Of a stretch of 64,000 nt of DNA, positions 19,477 to 29,981 are shown piece after piece (the first letter of the stretch is position 1; each line of letters starts with the position of its first letter). This DNA comes from Bdellovibrionales bacterium (lineage in GTDB: Bacteria > Bdellovibrionota > Bdellovibrionia > Bdellovibrionales > UBA1609), in contig OZ241456.1 in NCBI GenBank assembly GCA_965200875.1, positions 1,440,001-1,504,000 of the forward strand, written 5' to 3'. The translations under genes were made by a program, and so were the position numbers. The notes beneath the pieces were generated by a model, which saw nothing but the letters and a program-made list of their open reading frames with translations, was not told the DNA's origin and ran no database searches.

Positions 19477-20154
19477 ATGTCTGCTTATAATTTAATTCTT
19501 GTTCGACATGGACAAAGTCTTTGGAACCAGCAAAATCGCTTTACGGGATGGAAAGATATTGACCTGAGTGAGCAGGGCAAAAAAGAAGCACGAAAAGTCG
19601 CAGATTTACTAAAAGAAAAAAACCTGAAATTTGATCTGGCTTGTACTTCTCTTTTAAAAAGAGCTATTCACACCTTATGGATTATTTTGGAGGAAATGGA
19701 TCAAATGTGGATCCCCGTCATAAAAACCTGGAGATTAAATGAAAGACACTACGGAAAATTAACAGGACTTAATAAGAAGGAAATCGCAAAAACTTATGGA
19801 GAAGAGCAGATTCAAATCTGGAGAAGAAATTACAGTGCCATCCCTCCTCCCAGTGCCCTGATCCCAAACACAGATAGACGCTATGCAGACATACAAACCC
19901 TCCCTCAGGGGGAATCCCTTCAGCAAACAAAAAAAAGAGTACTCCCTTTCTGGGAAAAAACAATTATCCCTGATTTGCAAGCCGGCAAAACAATATTAAT
20001 GGTGGCTCATGGAAACAGCTTAAGAGCTTTAATTAAACACATAGAAAGCCTAAACGATGAGGAAATTACAAAAGTGGAAGTGCCTACTGGAACGCCTATC
20101 GCATACACTTTATCCAAAAACACTCTGCAATTAATAAATAAAAAAAAACTTTGA
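19477..20154 (+). CDS. gpmA: 2,3-BPG-dependent phosphoglycerate mutase
   Basis: LVRHGQS, NRFTGW, RLNERHYG and AHGNSLRAL motifs. Confidence 0.96.
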   Translation: MSAYNLILVRHGQSLWNQQNRFTGWKDIDLSEQGKKEARKVADLLKEKNLKFDLACTSLLKRAIHTLWIILEEMDQMWIPVIKTWRLNERHYGKLTGLNKKEIAKTYGEEQIQIWRRNYSAIPPPSALIPNTDRRYADIQTLPQGESLQQTKKRVLPFWEKTIIPDLQAGKTILMVAHGNSLRALIKHIESLNDEEITKVEVPTGTPIAYTLSKNTLQLINKKKL

Positions 20155-20218
20155 ATATACGATTCCTTATCTGTTACCCTGTAACCTATAATAGGAAAAT
20201 CAAACTTTAGGTATAAAG

Positions 20219-21466
20219 ATGCCTTATATTGAAAAAATAGCGGTGGAAAAAGCCAGAAAAATTAACAGCACTCCCTCTATTTATGGAACCTTTGCTGAAA
20301 TTGGTGCTGGACAAGAAGTGGTAAATCATTTTTTTAAAGCCGGCAAAGCTTCCCAAACCGTTGCTAAAAGCATGTCCGCCTATGATATGACCTTCAGTGA
20401 TCAAATATACGGAAGAGCGGGACGATATGTGTCGGAACGCAGGCTTTTTAAAATGTTGGATCATGAATATAAACTGCTCCAAAAAAGACTGGCAAAAATA
20501 AGAGGGCATAAAACAAAATTTTTTGCTTTTGCAGATACAGTGGCTGTCAGCACAGCTGGTCGGCAATCCAGCACAGATGACCAGCAATCCGACACATCCC
20601 ACCATCATGGGTGGATGGGGATACGTTTTCAAAATGAATATAAAAAACCTTTTAATGAAATTATTTTGCATGTAAATCTCCTAGACAAAACCCGTTTGCA
20701 ACAATATGAAACCCTAGGGGTTTTGGGGGTTAATCTTATTTACTCTGCTTTCTATGGAAAAAAAGACCACAAAAATATTATCAAATCTCTTTTGGACAAC
20801 TTTGAATCCAATCGGGTGGATATTAATGTGCTGAATTGTTCCGGGAGAATTTTCAAAACACTTAATCATCATCAATTAAATATGGAGTTAATTCGACAAA
20901 AATCAACAGAAGCTCTGCTCTTTCAAAATGACGGTTCTCACATCCTAGCTTCAGACGCCTTATACGAAAAACACATTCTGATCCAACAGTATTACCCAAA
21001 GAGTCAAATAACACCTTCTCATATAAAACAAGTTCTTCATTACATTAAAACCACGAAAAAAATAAAGCATAACCCGATTTCCTTGATGAATATTCCTATA
21101 CAAAATCTAAAAAAAAACAATGTTCCTTATTATCTGAAAAAATACACTTCCCCGGTTCCAGATATAAACAAGCAGGAATATATTTTAATATCTGATTTCC
21201 ATAAACTGCATGAACTGAAAAATTTTATTCGAAAAGCGACCGATCAACATATTTTTATGCTGATAAACACCAACACTTTTATAAACATCCTGAAAAACTA
21301 TTCTCTAAAATCATCGGGCAATGACATATTGGAATTTTTTAGCCGACTTTGTGATTCAAAAACCTCTTTAATGATCCCGGACTATAACCCCCTCCCTCCC
21401 TCCTCCCCTTTTTATCACTTGGAAAAGCACCTTGTAAAAACCAAACAAATTATCCATCTTAAGTAA
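20219..21466 (+). CDS. Conserved hypothetical protein (nucleotidyltransferase-associated family); C-terminal half appears diverged
   Basis: IYGTFAEIGAGQEV...VAKSMSAYD...HGWMGIRFQ N-terminal signature. Confidence 0.7.
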   Translation: MPYIEKIAVEKARKINSTPSIYGTFAEIGAGQEVVNHFFKAGKASQTVAKSMSAYDMTFSDQIYGRAGRYVSERRLFKMLDHEYKLLQKRLAKIRGHKTKFFAFADTVAVSTAGRQSSTDDQQSDTSHHHGWMGIRFQNEYKKPFNEIILHVNLLDKTRLQQYETLGVLGVNLIYSAFYGKKDHKNIIKSLLDNFESNRVDINVLNCSGRIFKTLNHHQLNMELIRQKSTEALLFQNDGSHILASDALYEKHILIQQYYPKSQITPSHIKQVLHYIKTTKKIKHNPISLMNIPIQNLKKNNVPYYLKKYTSPVPDINKQEYILISDFHKLHELKNFIRKATDQHIFMLINTNTFINILKNYSLKSSGNDILEFFSRLCDSKTSLMIPDYNPLPPSSPFYHLEKHLVKTKQIIHLK

Positions 21467-21526
21467 TTTTAGACTTTTGTCTTAATATAGTTTTCTTTTA
21501 TTAATAAATATTCCTTTTCAAGTTGT

Positions 21527-21553
21527 TCAATCTAAATAAAAAAAATCCGATAT
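21527..21553 (+). promoter_or_regulatory. Putative sigma-28 (FliA) promoter upstream of corA
   Basis: TCAA-N15-TCCGATAT versus consensus TAAA-N15-GCCGATAA. Confidence 0.45.
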
Positions 21554-21590
21554 TAAGAAAGTAGTAATCTTTGAAAAAGGCAGAAACGAA

Positions 21591-22667
21591 ATGGCTCGTT
21601 TTTTAAAAACCCGGTCAAAAGTATTGGGACTTCATCCCGGTTCCCTAGTTTATATTGGGGAAAAAGGGGATAAAGAAAAAATAAATATCAATCTCATCAG
21701 TTATACAAAGGATTCCTTTTTTGAATCTCATTCTGCCACTCTGGAAAAATGTATCGAGAATGTGAAGAATGAAAGTCAAATCACCTGGATTGAGTTTCAA
21801 GGGCTTTCTGATAAAAAGGTCATTGAAGAAATTGGAAATCAGTTTGGCATCCATCGGCTTTGGCTGGAGGATGTACTGAACACGGACCATCGACCAAAAG
21901 TAGAGGAATTGGATAATATGCTGTTTTCCATCATCAAGTATGTGTCCGCAGAACAAAAGGAAAACAGAATGTGTATTAAAGTTTCCCAAACCAGTATATT
22001 TTTCGGCAAAAGTTTTGTGCTCTCTTTCCATGACACAAAAGATGATATTTTTGAACCGGTTAAGGAAAGGCTTAGAAAATCTATATGGAAAATACGATCT
22101 CTAAAAGCAGACTATCTATTTTATGCCCTTATAGATCTGTTGATTGATCAATATTACATAACCCTCGAAAAAATGGGAGACGCTTTTGAAGAGCTGGAAA
22201 CACGAGTAACCTCAAATATTAATAAATTAAATCCTGTGGATATTCTGTCCTTAAAAGGTGAATTTCTGTATTTGAGGAAAACAGCCTTTCCTGTAAAAGA
22301 AGCCTTAAATAAAATTATTATCAGCAATCATCCCTGGATCGAAAAAAAAAATCTGCGGTACTTCAAGGATATTCAGGATCACACTATTCAGATTATTGAA
22401 GTTATTGAATACTATAATGAATTAACCACTTCCCTTATGGATTTTTATCAAAACACTATTAATAGAAAAATGAATGAAGTTATGAAAGTGTTAACTATTT
22501 TTGCGGCTATTTTTATTCCTCTTACTTTTATTGTGGGTATATATGGTATGAATTTTAAATTCATGCCTGAACTAAACTGGAAATATGGTTATCTGCTGGT
22601 ATGGATGCTGATTTTTCTTATCAGCGGAGGAATGATTTGGCTCTTTAAAAAAAGAAAGTGGCTTTAA
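21591..22667 (+). CDS. corA: Magnesium/cobalt transporter CorA
   Basis: LEDVLNTDHRPK, MNEVMKVLT, GIYGMNF and MPELNW motifs. Confidence 0.96.
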   Translation: MARFLKTRSKVLGLHPGSLVYIGEKGDKEKININLISYTKDSFFESHSATLEKCIENVKNESQITWIEFQGLSDKKVIEEIGNQFGIHRLWLEDVLNTDHRPKVEELDNMLFSIIKYVSAEQKENRMCIKVSQTSIFFGKSFVLSFHDTKDDIFEPVKERLRKSIWKIRSLKADYLFYALIDLLIDQYYITLEKMGDAFEELETRVTSNINKLNPVDILSLKGEFLYLRKTAFPVKEALNKIIISNHPWIEKKNLRYFKDIQDHTIQIIEVIEYYNELTTSLMDFYQNTINRKMNEVMKVLTIFAAIFIPLTFIVGIYGMNFKFMPELNWKYGYLLVWMLIFLISGGMIWLFKKRKWL

Positions 22668-22758
22668 ACCATGATTAACCATTCGTAAACTCTAAAGAAA
22701 ATTTCGAAAAAAAAACTCCAAAAACTCTTTTTTTCAAAAAGAATTTGAAATATCAAAA

Positions 22759-23010
22759 TCAAGAATTGTTTTTCAGCTTTTTGATCTCCTCTTCAGAAAG
22801 CCCTGTCATCTCAGAAATAACGGAAAACTTAAATTTGCTTTTTAGCATATTAAGTACCACTTCCTGACGACCTTCCTGACGACCCTTTTGCATACCCGCT
22901 TGTAAACCTTCCTGACGACCCTTTTGCATGCCTTTTTGTATGCCTTCTCTTAGACCTTTCTGCATGCCTTCTTGTATGCCTACTAATTTAATCTCTTCTC
23001 TTATGTCCAT
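22759..23010 (-). CDS. Putative small Rpn C-terminal protein (RpnS-like, 83 aa)
   Basis: Internal AAGAGGAGGTTAT-ATG followed by an intact MDIREEIK...KNNS frame. Confidence 0.65.
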   Translation of the reverse strand: MDIREEIKLVGIQEGMQKGLREGIQKGMQKGRQEGLQAGMQKGRQEGRQEVVLNMLKSKFKFSVISEMTGLSEEEIKKLKNNS

Positions 23011-23524
23011 ATAACCTCCTCTTTTTAATAAACTTCTTTCTATTGCCAAATGCTCAACTCTTTTCCATAACTCAACACTCACTCCACCCGCTGACTTCAA
23101 ATAATCCACTGCACTTAATATCAAATCCTCTCGCTTTCCCGAAAAACTTGAAAACGCAGACACAAACTCCAATAACTCCGGCACACTCTTCTTTAAAAAC
23201 CATATTTTGCTTAACAATGCTAATGCTCCACGGCTTTGAATGTTTGGATCCTTTAAAGCTTTTTGAACTTGTGGATCATGGGTGTCCAGCAACTTTAACT
23301 TGTAATCTAACATACTTTTACGAAAGGAAACAGGAATTTTATTAAAAAACGGTCCAAAAATGGCTTCCTGAAAAGAAATAGGCCAGCTCCAAGGCTTTTT
23401 TCCATGATAAAACACAATGGGAATAACAGCTATAATGTTGTCTGACTTCCGTTCATAGAGAAGAGTCTGATAGGATAAAACCTGCCGGAAGAGATTTTTA
23501 TTGTAAGAGGACTTGTGTTCCAGA
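22759..23524 (-). pseudogene. 5'-truncated Rpn (YhgA-like PD-(D/E)XK nuclease) paralog
   Basis: 22746-23524 is near-identical to 42688-43430. Homology stops at LEHKS, with an in-frame TAA a few codons upstream. Confidence 0.9.
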
Positions 23525-23676
23525 CGGAGGATTACTTACATGTTTTAATCCCGCTCAAAAGGGCGAACTCAGGATAAAAAAGTCAGCTGTGTAAAAATTA
23601 CATCCTTTAATTTTAAAGCTGGATTTTTTTTAGTATGTCGTGTATAAAATAAGATAATCAATTAAAGGAGTATTTT

Positions 23677-24372
23677 ATGAAAACTGTAATTGCTTTACTG
23701 TTTTTAAGCTTGGGGGCTTTGAGCTATGGAAATCAAACCCAGTGTAATATTGATAATTATCAAGACTATCTAAGTAGTAACCCAGAAAATTATCAGTGCG
23801 ATTTGCGAGGGAGTGAATTAACTGGGGTGGGTTTTAGTGGTATGAATATGAGTGGGTGGCTTTTCTCTGGTGCTAATTTAGAAAATTCTATAATTAGTGA
23901 TTCTATTATGTCAGGAGTAGAGATGTCCGGTGCGAATTTACACCACATGCTTATATCCGGGGTTGATTTCACAACAGCCTCGTTTTACGGAGCAGAGATA
24001 GAACACTCAGATTTTATCGATGTGAATTTTACAAATGTAGATTTCCAAAATATGAGCCTTCAGTTTAATACTTTTGAAGATGTGAATTTTACCGATGCGA
24101 ATTTAAAAGGAACAGATTTCAGTTGGTCGTCTTTTATCAATGTGAATCTTTCTAATAAGATTTTAGAGCTTACGGATTTTTGGGAAGTAAAATTTTATAA
24201 TACGAATTTTCAAAATTCAGACCTTACTGAAGTGATTTATTTGGAACATGCTATTATTGTAAAATCTAATTTTACCGGAGCGAAAGTCACAAGAGAGCAA
24301 GCGGATTATTTAACCTCAAAAGGTATAAGTGGGTTTGTTGTTGTTGATTCATTGTTATCAGAACCAGAATAA
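23677..24372 (+). CDS. Secreted pentapeptide-repeat protein
   Basis: SD AAGGAG; signal peptide; (A/V)(N/D)(L/F)xx repeats. Confidence 0.9.
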   Translation: MKTVIALLFLSLGALSYGNQTQCNIDNYQDYLSSNPENYQCDLRGSELTGVGFSGMNMSGWLFSGANLENSIISDSIMSGVEMSGANLHHMLISGVDFTTASFYGAEIEHSDFIDVNFTNVDFQNMSLQFNTFEDVNFTDANLKGTDFSWSSFINVNLSNKILELTDFWEVKFYNTNFQNSDLTEVIYLEHAIIVKSNFTGAKVTREQADYLTSKGISGFVVVDSLLSEPE

Positions 24373-24451
24373 AACACAGAATTTATCTCAAAACAATGTC
24401 ATTTGTGGTTGTAATAAATTCATTGAAAAAACAGATCTGCACCCAGATGTT

Positions 24452-24880
24452 TTAATCACTGGTTAAAATATCACCTCTAAGCACTTCCACAAGAGCGTTT
24501 AAAGCATCCGTGGAAGTAAAAATACCTAGGTCACCATCGGGGTTCATAACCAACGCACTTCCATATTTGTTTTTGGACATATAAAAAGCCACTTCTGAAA
24601 GTTTTGTGTCTGAATTTACCAGATAAGGCTCTTTTTGCATAATATCTTTCGCCAGTAATTGCGCTCTATTGTTTAATTTGTATGCGGAAAAAAGATCTCG
24701 TTCGCTGATAATGCCAACCAACTTATCTTTTTCGTGAACAGGTATATGCCTGATACCTTCTTTTTTAATCATCTGTTCTAATTCACTTAATTCCGTATCA
24801 GATGATACGCTTTTCAGGCAAGGTGTAGTGAATTCCTCTACAGTCAGATTTTTTATTTTGTCCCAATTTTTTATTTCCAT
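24452..24880 (-). CDS. CBS-domain protein
   Basis: IRHIPV...LVGIISERDL; GIFTSTD. Confidence 0.9.
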   Translation of the reverse strand: MEIKNWDKIKNLTVEEFTTPCLKSVSSDTELSELEQMIKKEGIRHIPVHEKDKLVGIISERDLFSAYKLNNRAQLLAKDIMQKEPYLVNSDTKLSEVAFYMSKNKYGSALVMNPDGDLGIFTSTDALNALVEVLRGDILTSD

Positions 24881-25038
24881 AAAATCACCTCTTTCAAATA
24901 TATCCAGAATACTTTACACTAATTCAAGAGCATTTTCAATAGACAGAATTACAGTTGTTTCACTTTTAAGGAGATAGTCAGTATAAACGCTTGACTTTTT
25001 TAATGATATGTAATTTATCAAAAACAGGAGAAAAAATA

Positions 25039-25356
25039 ATGGAAGTTAAGGAAAAGATACAAAAACTTTTAGAGCAACACCCGGTCCTGCTTTTTATGAA
25101 AGGCAGTCCTGAAAAGCCTCAATGTGGTTTTTCAGCCAGAGTAACTCAAATCTTACAGTATCTGCAAGTTTCGTTTCACCATTACGATGTTCTCAACAAC
25201 GAAGAAATAAGAGCTGGAATTAAAGATTACACTAAATGGCCCACTATCCCTCAGCTGTATGTTAATGGGAAGTTTATAGGGGGTTGTGATATCGTACAAG
25301 AGCAATTTGAAAGCGGGGAATTAGACAAACTATTATCCAATTTTAAAATAAGTTAG
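25039..25356 (+). CDS. grxD: Monothiol glutaredoxin Grx4
   Basis: FMKG..PQCGFS, WPTIPQLY and GGCDI motifs; SD AGGAG. Confidence 0.95.
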   Translation: MEVKEKIQKLLEQHPVLLFMKGSPEKPQCGFSARVTQILQYLQVSFHHYDVLNNEEIRAGIKDYTKWPTIPQLYVNGKFIGGCDIVQEQFESGELDKLLSNFKIS

Positions 25357-25396
25357 TCATATAAAAATTAATCAACTTGACAAAAGCACACACAAA

Positions 25397-26584
25397 TTAA
25401 AGAGGTTTCAATTTAAGAATTTTTCCGGCATCCACAGAAACATAAATATAACCAGCCGGGCCTTCAATAACATTACGAACTTTAAATTCCAAATCTGATA
25501 ACAACCGTTCTTCTTTTTGAGCTTTTTGATTCTCTATTTCCACCCGATTCAAATGCGTTAAAACAAGAGCACCTGAGAAAAAACTGTGTTTCCAGTTTTT
25601 AAATATTTTGCCGGAATAAATCATCAGCCCGGACGGAGCGATAGAGGGCACATAATACTTTATGGGTTGCTCCATTCCCTGCTTCTTAACACCTTCTCCT
25701 ATTGCAGGCCCCCAATACTCTCTGCCATAAGTAATCACCGGCCAACCATAATTTTTACCTCTTTGTATTAAATTAATTTCATCTCCTCCCCTAGGACCAT
25801 GTTCCTGTGACCAAATCCTCCCTGTTTCAGGGTGAATAAAAAGCCCCTGAGGATTGCGGTGGCCAAAACTCCATATCTCCGGTTTTGCCCCTTCAACAGA
25901 AACAAAAGGATTATCTGTTGGAGCTTTTCCATCTGGTTTTAAACGCAAAATTTTTCCAAAATGATTATCCAGCTTTTGAGCAAAATGTCGTTCAGTGCGA
26001 TCCCCCACTGTAACATATAAAAAACCTTTTTGATCAAATACCAAACGAGAACCAAAGTGGCGGCTGGCGGAAACCGCCGGCAGGACCGTAAAAATGTCCT
26101 TTAACTGTGTTAGTTTATCCTCTTTTAACAAAGCTTCTGCCACTGCCGTTGTTTGCTTGTCATTCACTTCCTTGGAATAAGATATATATATCTTTTTGTT
26201 TTCCGAAAAATGAGGATGAAGAGTTACATCCAACAGACCACCCTGCCCCCTAGCATACACCTCAGGTGCTCCTGACACAGAAACAACTTTACCTGTTTGT
26301 ATATTCAGTTTTTTGACATTCCCCTCCCGTTCGGTAAAAAGCATTTCCGTATCACTGATAAAAACCATACCCCACACAACACCTAAGTCCTCCGCCAATA
26401 TTTCCACACTGAACGGCACACTGCCTGAAGGATATGTTTTCAGAATTTTTCCAACTTGAGAATTTATACCACCAGAAGAAGGTCTCTTATCAGAACCACA
26501 AGCCGACATTGTCATAAAACTGTTAATAATAAAAAAAATGAATATATTTTTAAAAAATAAATAAAACACAGCACCTCCTAACAA
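25397..26584 (-). CDS. PQQ-dependent soluble sugar dehydrogenase (possible lipoprotein)
   Basis: GQGGLLDV, HFGSRL, GHRNPQG, EHGPRGGDEIN and NYGWP motifs. Confidence 0.93.
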   Translation of the reverse strand: MLGGAVFYLFFKNIFIFFIINSFMTMSACGSDKRPSSGGINSQVGKILKTYPSGSVPFSVEILAEDLGVVWGMVFISDTEMLFTEREGNVKKLNIQTGKVVSVSGAPEVYARGQGGLLDVTLHPHFSENKKIYISYSKEVNDKQTTAVAEALLKEDKLTQLKDIFTVLPAVSASRHFGSRLVFDQKGFLYVTVGDRTERHFAQKLDNHFGKILRLKPDGKAPTDNPFVSVEGAKPEIWSFGHRNPQGLFIHPETGRIWSQEHGPRGGDEINLIQRGKNYGWPVITYGREYWGPAIGEGVKKQGMEQPIKYYVPSIAPSGLMIYSGKIFKNWKHSFFSGALVLTHLNRVEIENQKAQKEERLLSDLEFKVRNVIEGPAGYIYVSVDAGKILKLKPL

Positions 26585-26588
26585 CCTT

Positions 26589-27974
26589 CTAATGAAATTG
26601 ATTTACCAAATTGGTAAATAGATTACCCCTTTCTTCAAAAGAATTAAAAATATCAAAGCTCGGGCAACCTGGTGATAATAATACGGTATCCCCAATACGA
26701 GATTTCTGGTAAGCAATCAGCACAGCCTCTTCAAAAGTCCCAATCAAAAAAGTTTCAGAATAATCTCCTATTTGACGATTGAGTCTTTCCTTTGCTTCCC
26801 CTACCAAAATCAAGTTTTTCACCTTCTTTCGAATAAGTTCCGCCAAAGGTTTATAGTTTAAGTCCGTATCTTTTCCACCCATAATCAAAATCACATTATC
26901 CTCAAAAACATCCAATGCCTTCATTACAGCATGTACATTGGTGGCTTTGGAGTCATTGTAAAATTTCACACCCCCCACTTTTCTCACATAATTTAACCGA
27001 TGAGGCCGACCGGCATAAGAGGAAATCACTTTTTGAGCACTTTCCCAATTCGCGCCATTAATACGAGCTATGAGAATAGCCGCCATGATGTTTTCATAAG
27101 AATGTCCACCTTTTAACAAGCTGTTTTCTATGCTGTAATATTCAATTTCTTGGCTGATACGAACCCGTATCTGATTTCCTATTAAAATAGCTCCTCCAAT
27201 TTTCATAATAATTTGAGATTCCAGTGATTTTTTTCTGGAAAAATACCTCAAACATCCTTTCTGAACGCAAGGATCCCTTGCCAACTCCAAAATGGCTTTG
27301 TCATCCGCATTCAAAATAACGACTGTCTGATCGGATACATTCTGAAATATCTTCCTCTTGGCGTTAACATACTCCTCCATACTACGATAACGATCCAAAT
27401 GATCTTCTGCTAAATTAGTAAACACGATATTTCTGGGTGTCATCTCTTTCACATGTTCCAACATAAAGCTGGATGCTTCCACGACTAAAAAATCTGATTT
27501 TTCATTTTTATAAAGATATTCACTAAGTGGTTTACCGAAATTCCCTCCTGCCCAAACATGTTTTCCAGATTCCTTCAGCACTTTGTAAATCAGATCTGCG
27601 GTGGTGGTTTTTCCATTGGTTCCAGTAACCACTAAAAGAGGAGATTTTACAAACCGGGAACAAAACTCAAATTCTCCTGTTACTTCCACACCTTGTGCTT
27701 TAACATATTCAAATAACTTTAAATGAGAAGGCACACCTGGACTTAAAATAACATAATTCTTATTCAAAAAGCTTTTAGGGTTATGGCCTTCCAATTCCAA
27801 TTTAAGAGGCAAATCCTCCACTTGCTCTAAATAGCGAGCCAACTCCGCCGATGATTTATGATCACTAATAGTGACTTGCGCCCCGTATTTAACCAAAAAA
27901 CGAGCCAAAGAGACCCCGGTTTTTGCCAAACCCACAATTAAAATTTGTTTACCTTTTAATTCACTTAATTCCAC
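26589..27974 (-). CDS. murD: UDP-MurNAc-L-Ala:D-Glu ligase
   Basis: TGTNGKTTT, DHLDRY, NDSKATN and LLSPGC motifs. Confidence 0.96.
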   Translation of the reverse strand: MELSELKGKQILIVGLAKTGVSLARFLVKYGAQVTISDHKSSAELARYLEQVEDLPLKLELEGHNPKSFLNKNYVILSPGVPSHLKLFEYVKAQGVEVTGEFEFCSRFVKSPLLVVTGTNGKTTTADLIYKVLKESGKHVWAGGNFGKPLSEYLYKNEKSDFLVVEASSFMLEHVKEMTPRNIVFTNLAEDHLDRYRSMEEYVNAKRKIFQNVSDQTVVILNADDKAILELARDPCVQKGCLRYFSRKKSLESQIIMKIGGAILIGNQIRVRISQEIEYYSIENSLLKGGHSYENIMAAILIARINGANWESAQKVISSYAGRPHRLNYVRKVGGVKFYNDSKATNVHAVMKALDVFEDNVILIMGGKDTDLNYKPLAELIRKKVKNLILVGEAKERLNRQIGDYSETFLIGTFEEAVLIAYQKSRIGDTVLLSPGCPSFDIFNSFEERGNLFTNLVNQFH

Positions 27975-28023
27975 TGGTATCTCCTTTTTCCGGCTTTATT
28001 GCGACAATATTTTTCAAAGACTA

Positions 28024-29100
28024 CTATCTTAGCTTTAAAGTAGCCAGACTGACAACAGCCAACAAACAAGCTACAATCCAAAATCGCACGATAATCTTGG
28101 ATTCCTCCATACCTTTTAACTCAAAATGATGATGTAAAGGGGCCATAGCAAAAATTCTTTTTCCCGTCATCTTAAAACTGATCACCTGTAAGATAACCGA
28201 TAAAGCTTCCACAACAAATACCCCACCTAAAATAGCCAAAAGAATTTCGTTCTTGGTAAAAACAGCCAAAACACCTAAAAACGCGCCTAAACTCAAACTT
28301 CCTGTATCACCCATAAAAATCTGAGCGGGATAGGAGTTATACCACAGAAAACCCAATCCCCCCGCTAAAACCGCCACTGCCAGAGGAGTGATTTCCCCTG
28401 CACCGGCTATAAAAGGAATGCCCAAATAGGAAGCCATATTAAAATGCCCGGCCAAATAAGCAAATACAGCCAAAGTGCCAGCACAAACCATGACCGGCAC
28501 AATAGCCAAGCCATCCAAACCATCTGTCAAGTTAACCGCGTTCGCGCAGGCTGTAATAACAAAACTTCCAAACAACACATAAAACCAAGATAAGTCAAAC
28601 GCCATATCCTTAAAAAATGGAATATATAAAATAGGTTCAATCTGATTTGTATAAAGTAGTACAGTCAATATTATACTGGAAATGCCAAACTCATATAACA
28701 ACCGATATATCGGCGGGATGCCTTTAAAATTTTTCCAACGGCTTTTAATAAAATCATCCCAAAAACCAATGGCACCAAAACCCATCAATATAGCTAAAAC
28801 TCCCCATATTAAAGGTTCCGATAAATCCACCCAAAGTAAAGAACTTAATAAAAGTGCGAGTAAAACCAACCCGCCACCCATAGTGGGAGTGCCACTTTTT
28901 TTCTTATGAGAGTCGGGACCGTCAGAATTAATTTCCTCACCCATGTCTTTTTTATTGAGTGTTCTTATAAAATAAGGAGCGAATAACCAACATACAAAGA
29001 AGGCAGTAAAAAATGCCAAAAAAGATCGGAAAGTAATGTAGCGAAAAACATTAAAAACAGAGAAGGAATCCGATAGTTCAAACAACCATTTGTAAATCAT
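28024..29100 (-). CDS. mraY: Phospho-MurNAc-pentapeptide transferase
   Basis: [25 protein letters not shown] and APLHHHFE motifs. Confidence 0.97.
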   Translation of the reverse strand: MIYKWLFELSDSFSVFNVFRYITFRSFLAFFTAFFVCWLFAPYFIRTLNKKDMGEEINSDGPDSHKKKSGTPTMGGGLVLLALLLSSLLWVDLSEPLIWGVLAILMGFGAIGFWDDFIKSRWKNFKGIPPIYRLLYEFGISSIILTVLLYTNQIEPILYIPFFKDMAFDLSWFYVLFGSFVITACANAVNLTDGLDGLAIVPVMVCAGTLAVFAYLAGHFNMASYLGIPFIAGAGEITPLAVAVLAGGLGFLWYNSYPAQIFMGDTGSLSLGAFLGVLAVFTKNEILLAILGGVFVVEALSVILQVISFKMTGKRIFAMAPLHHHFELKGMEESKIIVRFWIVACLLAVVSLATLKLR

Positions 29101-29257
29101 ATAGTGCTTTTAACAAAAGGTCTTATTAAGCGCAAGCCCCTCACAAAGCATGTACTTTTTTCCCCGGCTGTTGCACATAACGCAAAGCAATAAATAAGTG
29201 CTTATTAATATTGAGTCAAGTGTGAAAAATTATTATTTCCCAGAGGGTTACTTTAAT

Positions 29258-29806
29258 TTAAGAGGAAAACTCAATAAATTTGAATTTTTTTCTAAAATCA
29301 TTTGTATAATCCATAGCAGTGATCCAGCTGAGTGCTACGCAAATCCATAAGAGGCTATAACCCGCCTTCTCTATGTAGAAAGATGTTTGAAAGCCTATCA
29401 ACATGAGCAACACACCCGCAATTTGCAAAGTGGTCTTCCACTTTGCCAGTGACTTTGCATATAAGATCAAGCCTTTTTCCGCGGCAATGGAACGAAGTCC
29501 GGTTATGTAAATGTCTCTGGATACTAATAGAATAATCAAAAATGGATCAATTTTATGCAAATAACAAAGCAAAATCAAAATAGATAGAGTGAGAATTTTA
29601 TCTGCTACCGGATCCAATAAAGCACCTGCTGTTGTTTGAGCGAACCATTTTCGGGATAAATAGCCATCCAAGGCATCAGTGAGACCCGCGATCAGCCAAA
29701 GAATAGCGGCGAACCAGTAAAGTTTGTATATAATAAGCAACACTACAGGCAAAACCAAAGCGATGCGAAAGAAGGTTAAATACATAGGTATTAGTTTTTT
29801 ATTCAT
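29258..29806 (-). CDS. pgsA: CDP-diacylglycerol:glycerol-3-phosphate phosphatidyltransferase
   Basis: TDALDGYLSR...GALLDPVADK motif. Start placed downstream of the tRNA, SD AAGGA. Confidence 0.88.
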   Translation of the reverse strand: MNKKLIPMYLTFFRIALVLPVVLLIIYKLYWFAAILWLIAGLTDALDGYLSRKWFAQTTAGALLDPVADKILTLSILILLCYLHKIDPFLIILLVSRDIYITGLRSIAAEKGLILYAKSLAKWKTTLQIAGVLLMLIGFQTSFYIEKAGYSLLWICVALSWITAMDYTNDFRKKFKFIEFSS

Positions 29807-29830
29807 AGTGTTTTTTTTCCTTAGTAAATT

Positions 29831-29907
29831 TGGTCGGACCGACTGGATTTGAACCAGCGACCTCCACCACCCCAAGGTGACGCGCTACCGGGCTGCGCTA
29901 CGGTCCG
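29831..29907 (-). tRNA. tRNA-Pro(GGG)
   Basis: CGGACCG acceptor stem, anticodon loop TT-GGG-GT, GGTTCAAATCC T-arm, encoded CCA. Confidence 0.95.
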
Positions 29908-29981
29908 GGTTTAAAAAAAATTATACTCGAAGAATAAATAAGAATCAGTAAAAAAAAGAATCTGTCTTGAAAAATGGACTG

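Noticed and set aside
29807..29875. N-terminal extension of the pgsA ORF
   Set aside because: It overlaps tRNA-Pro; the real start is more likely 29806.
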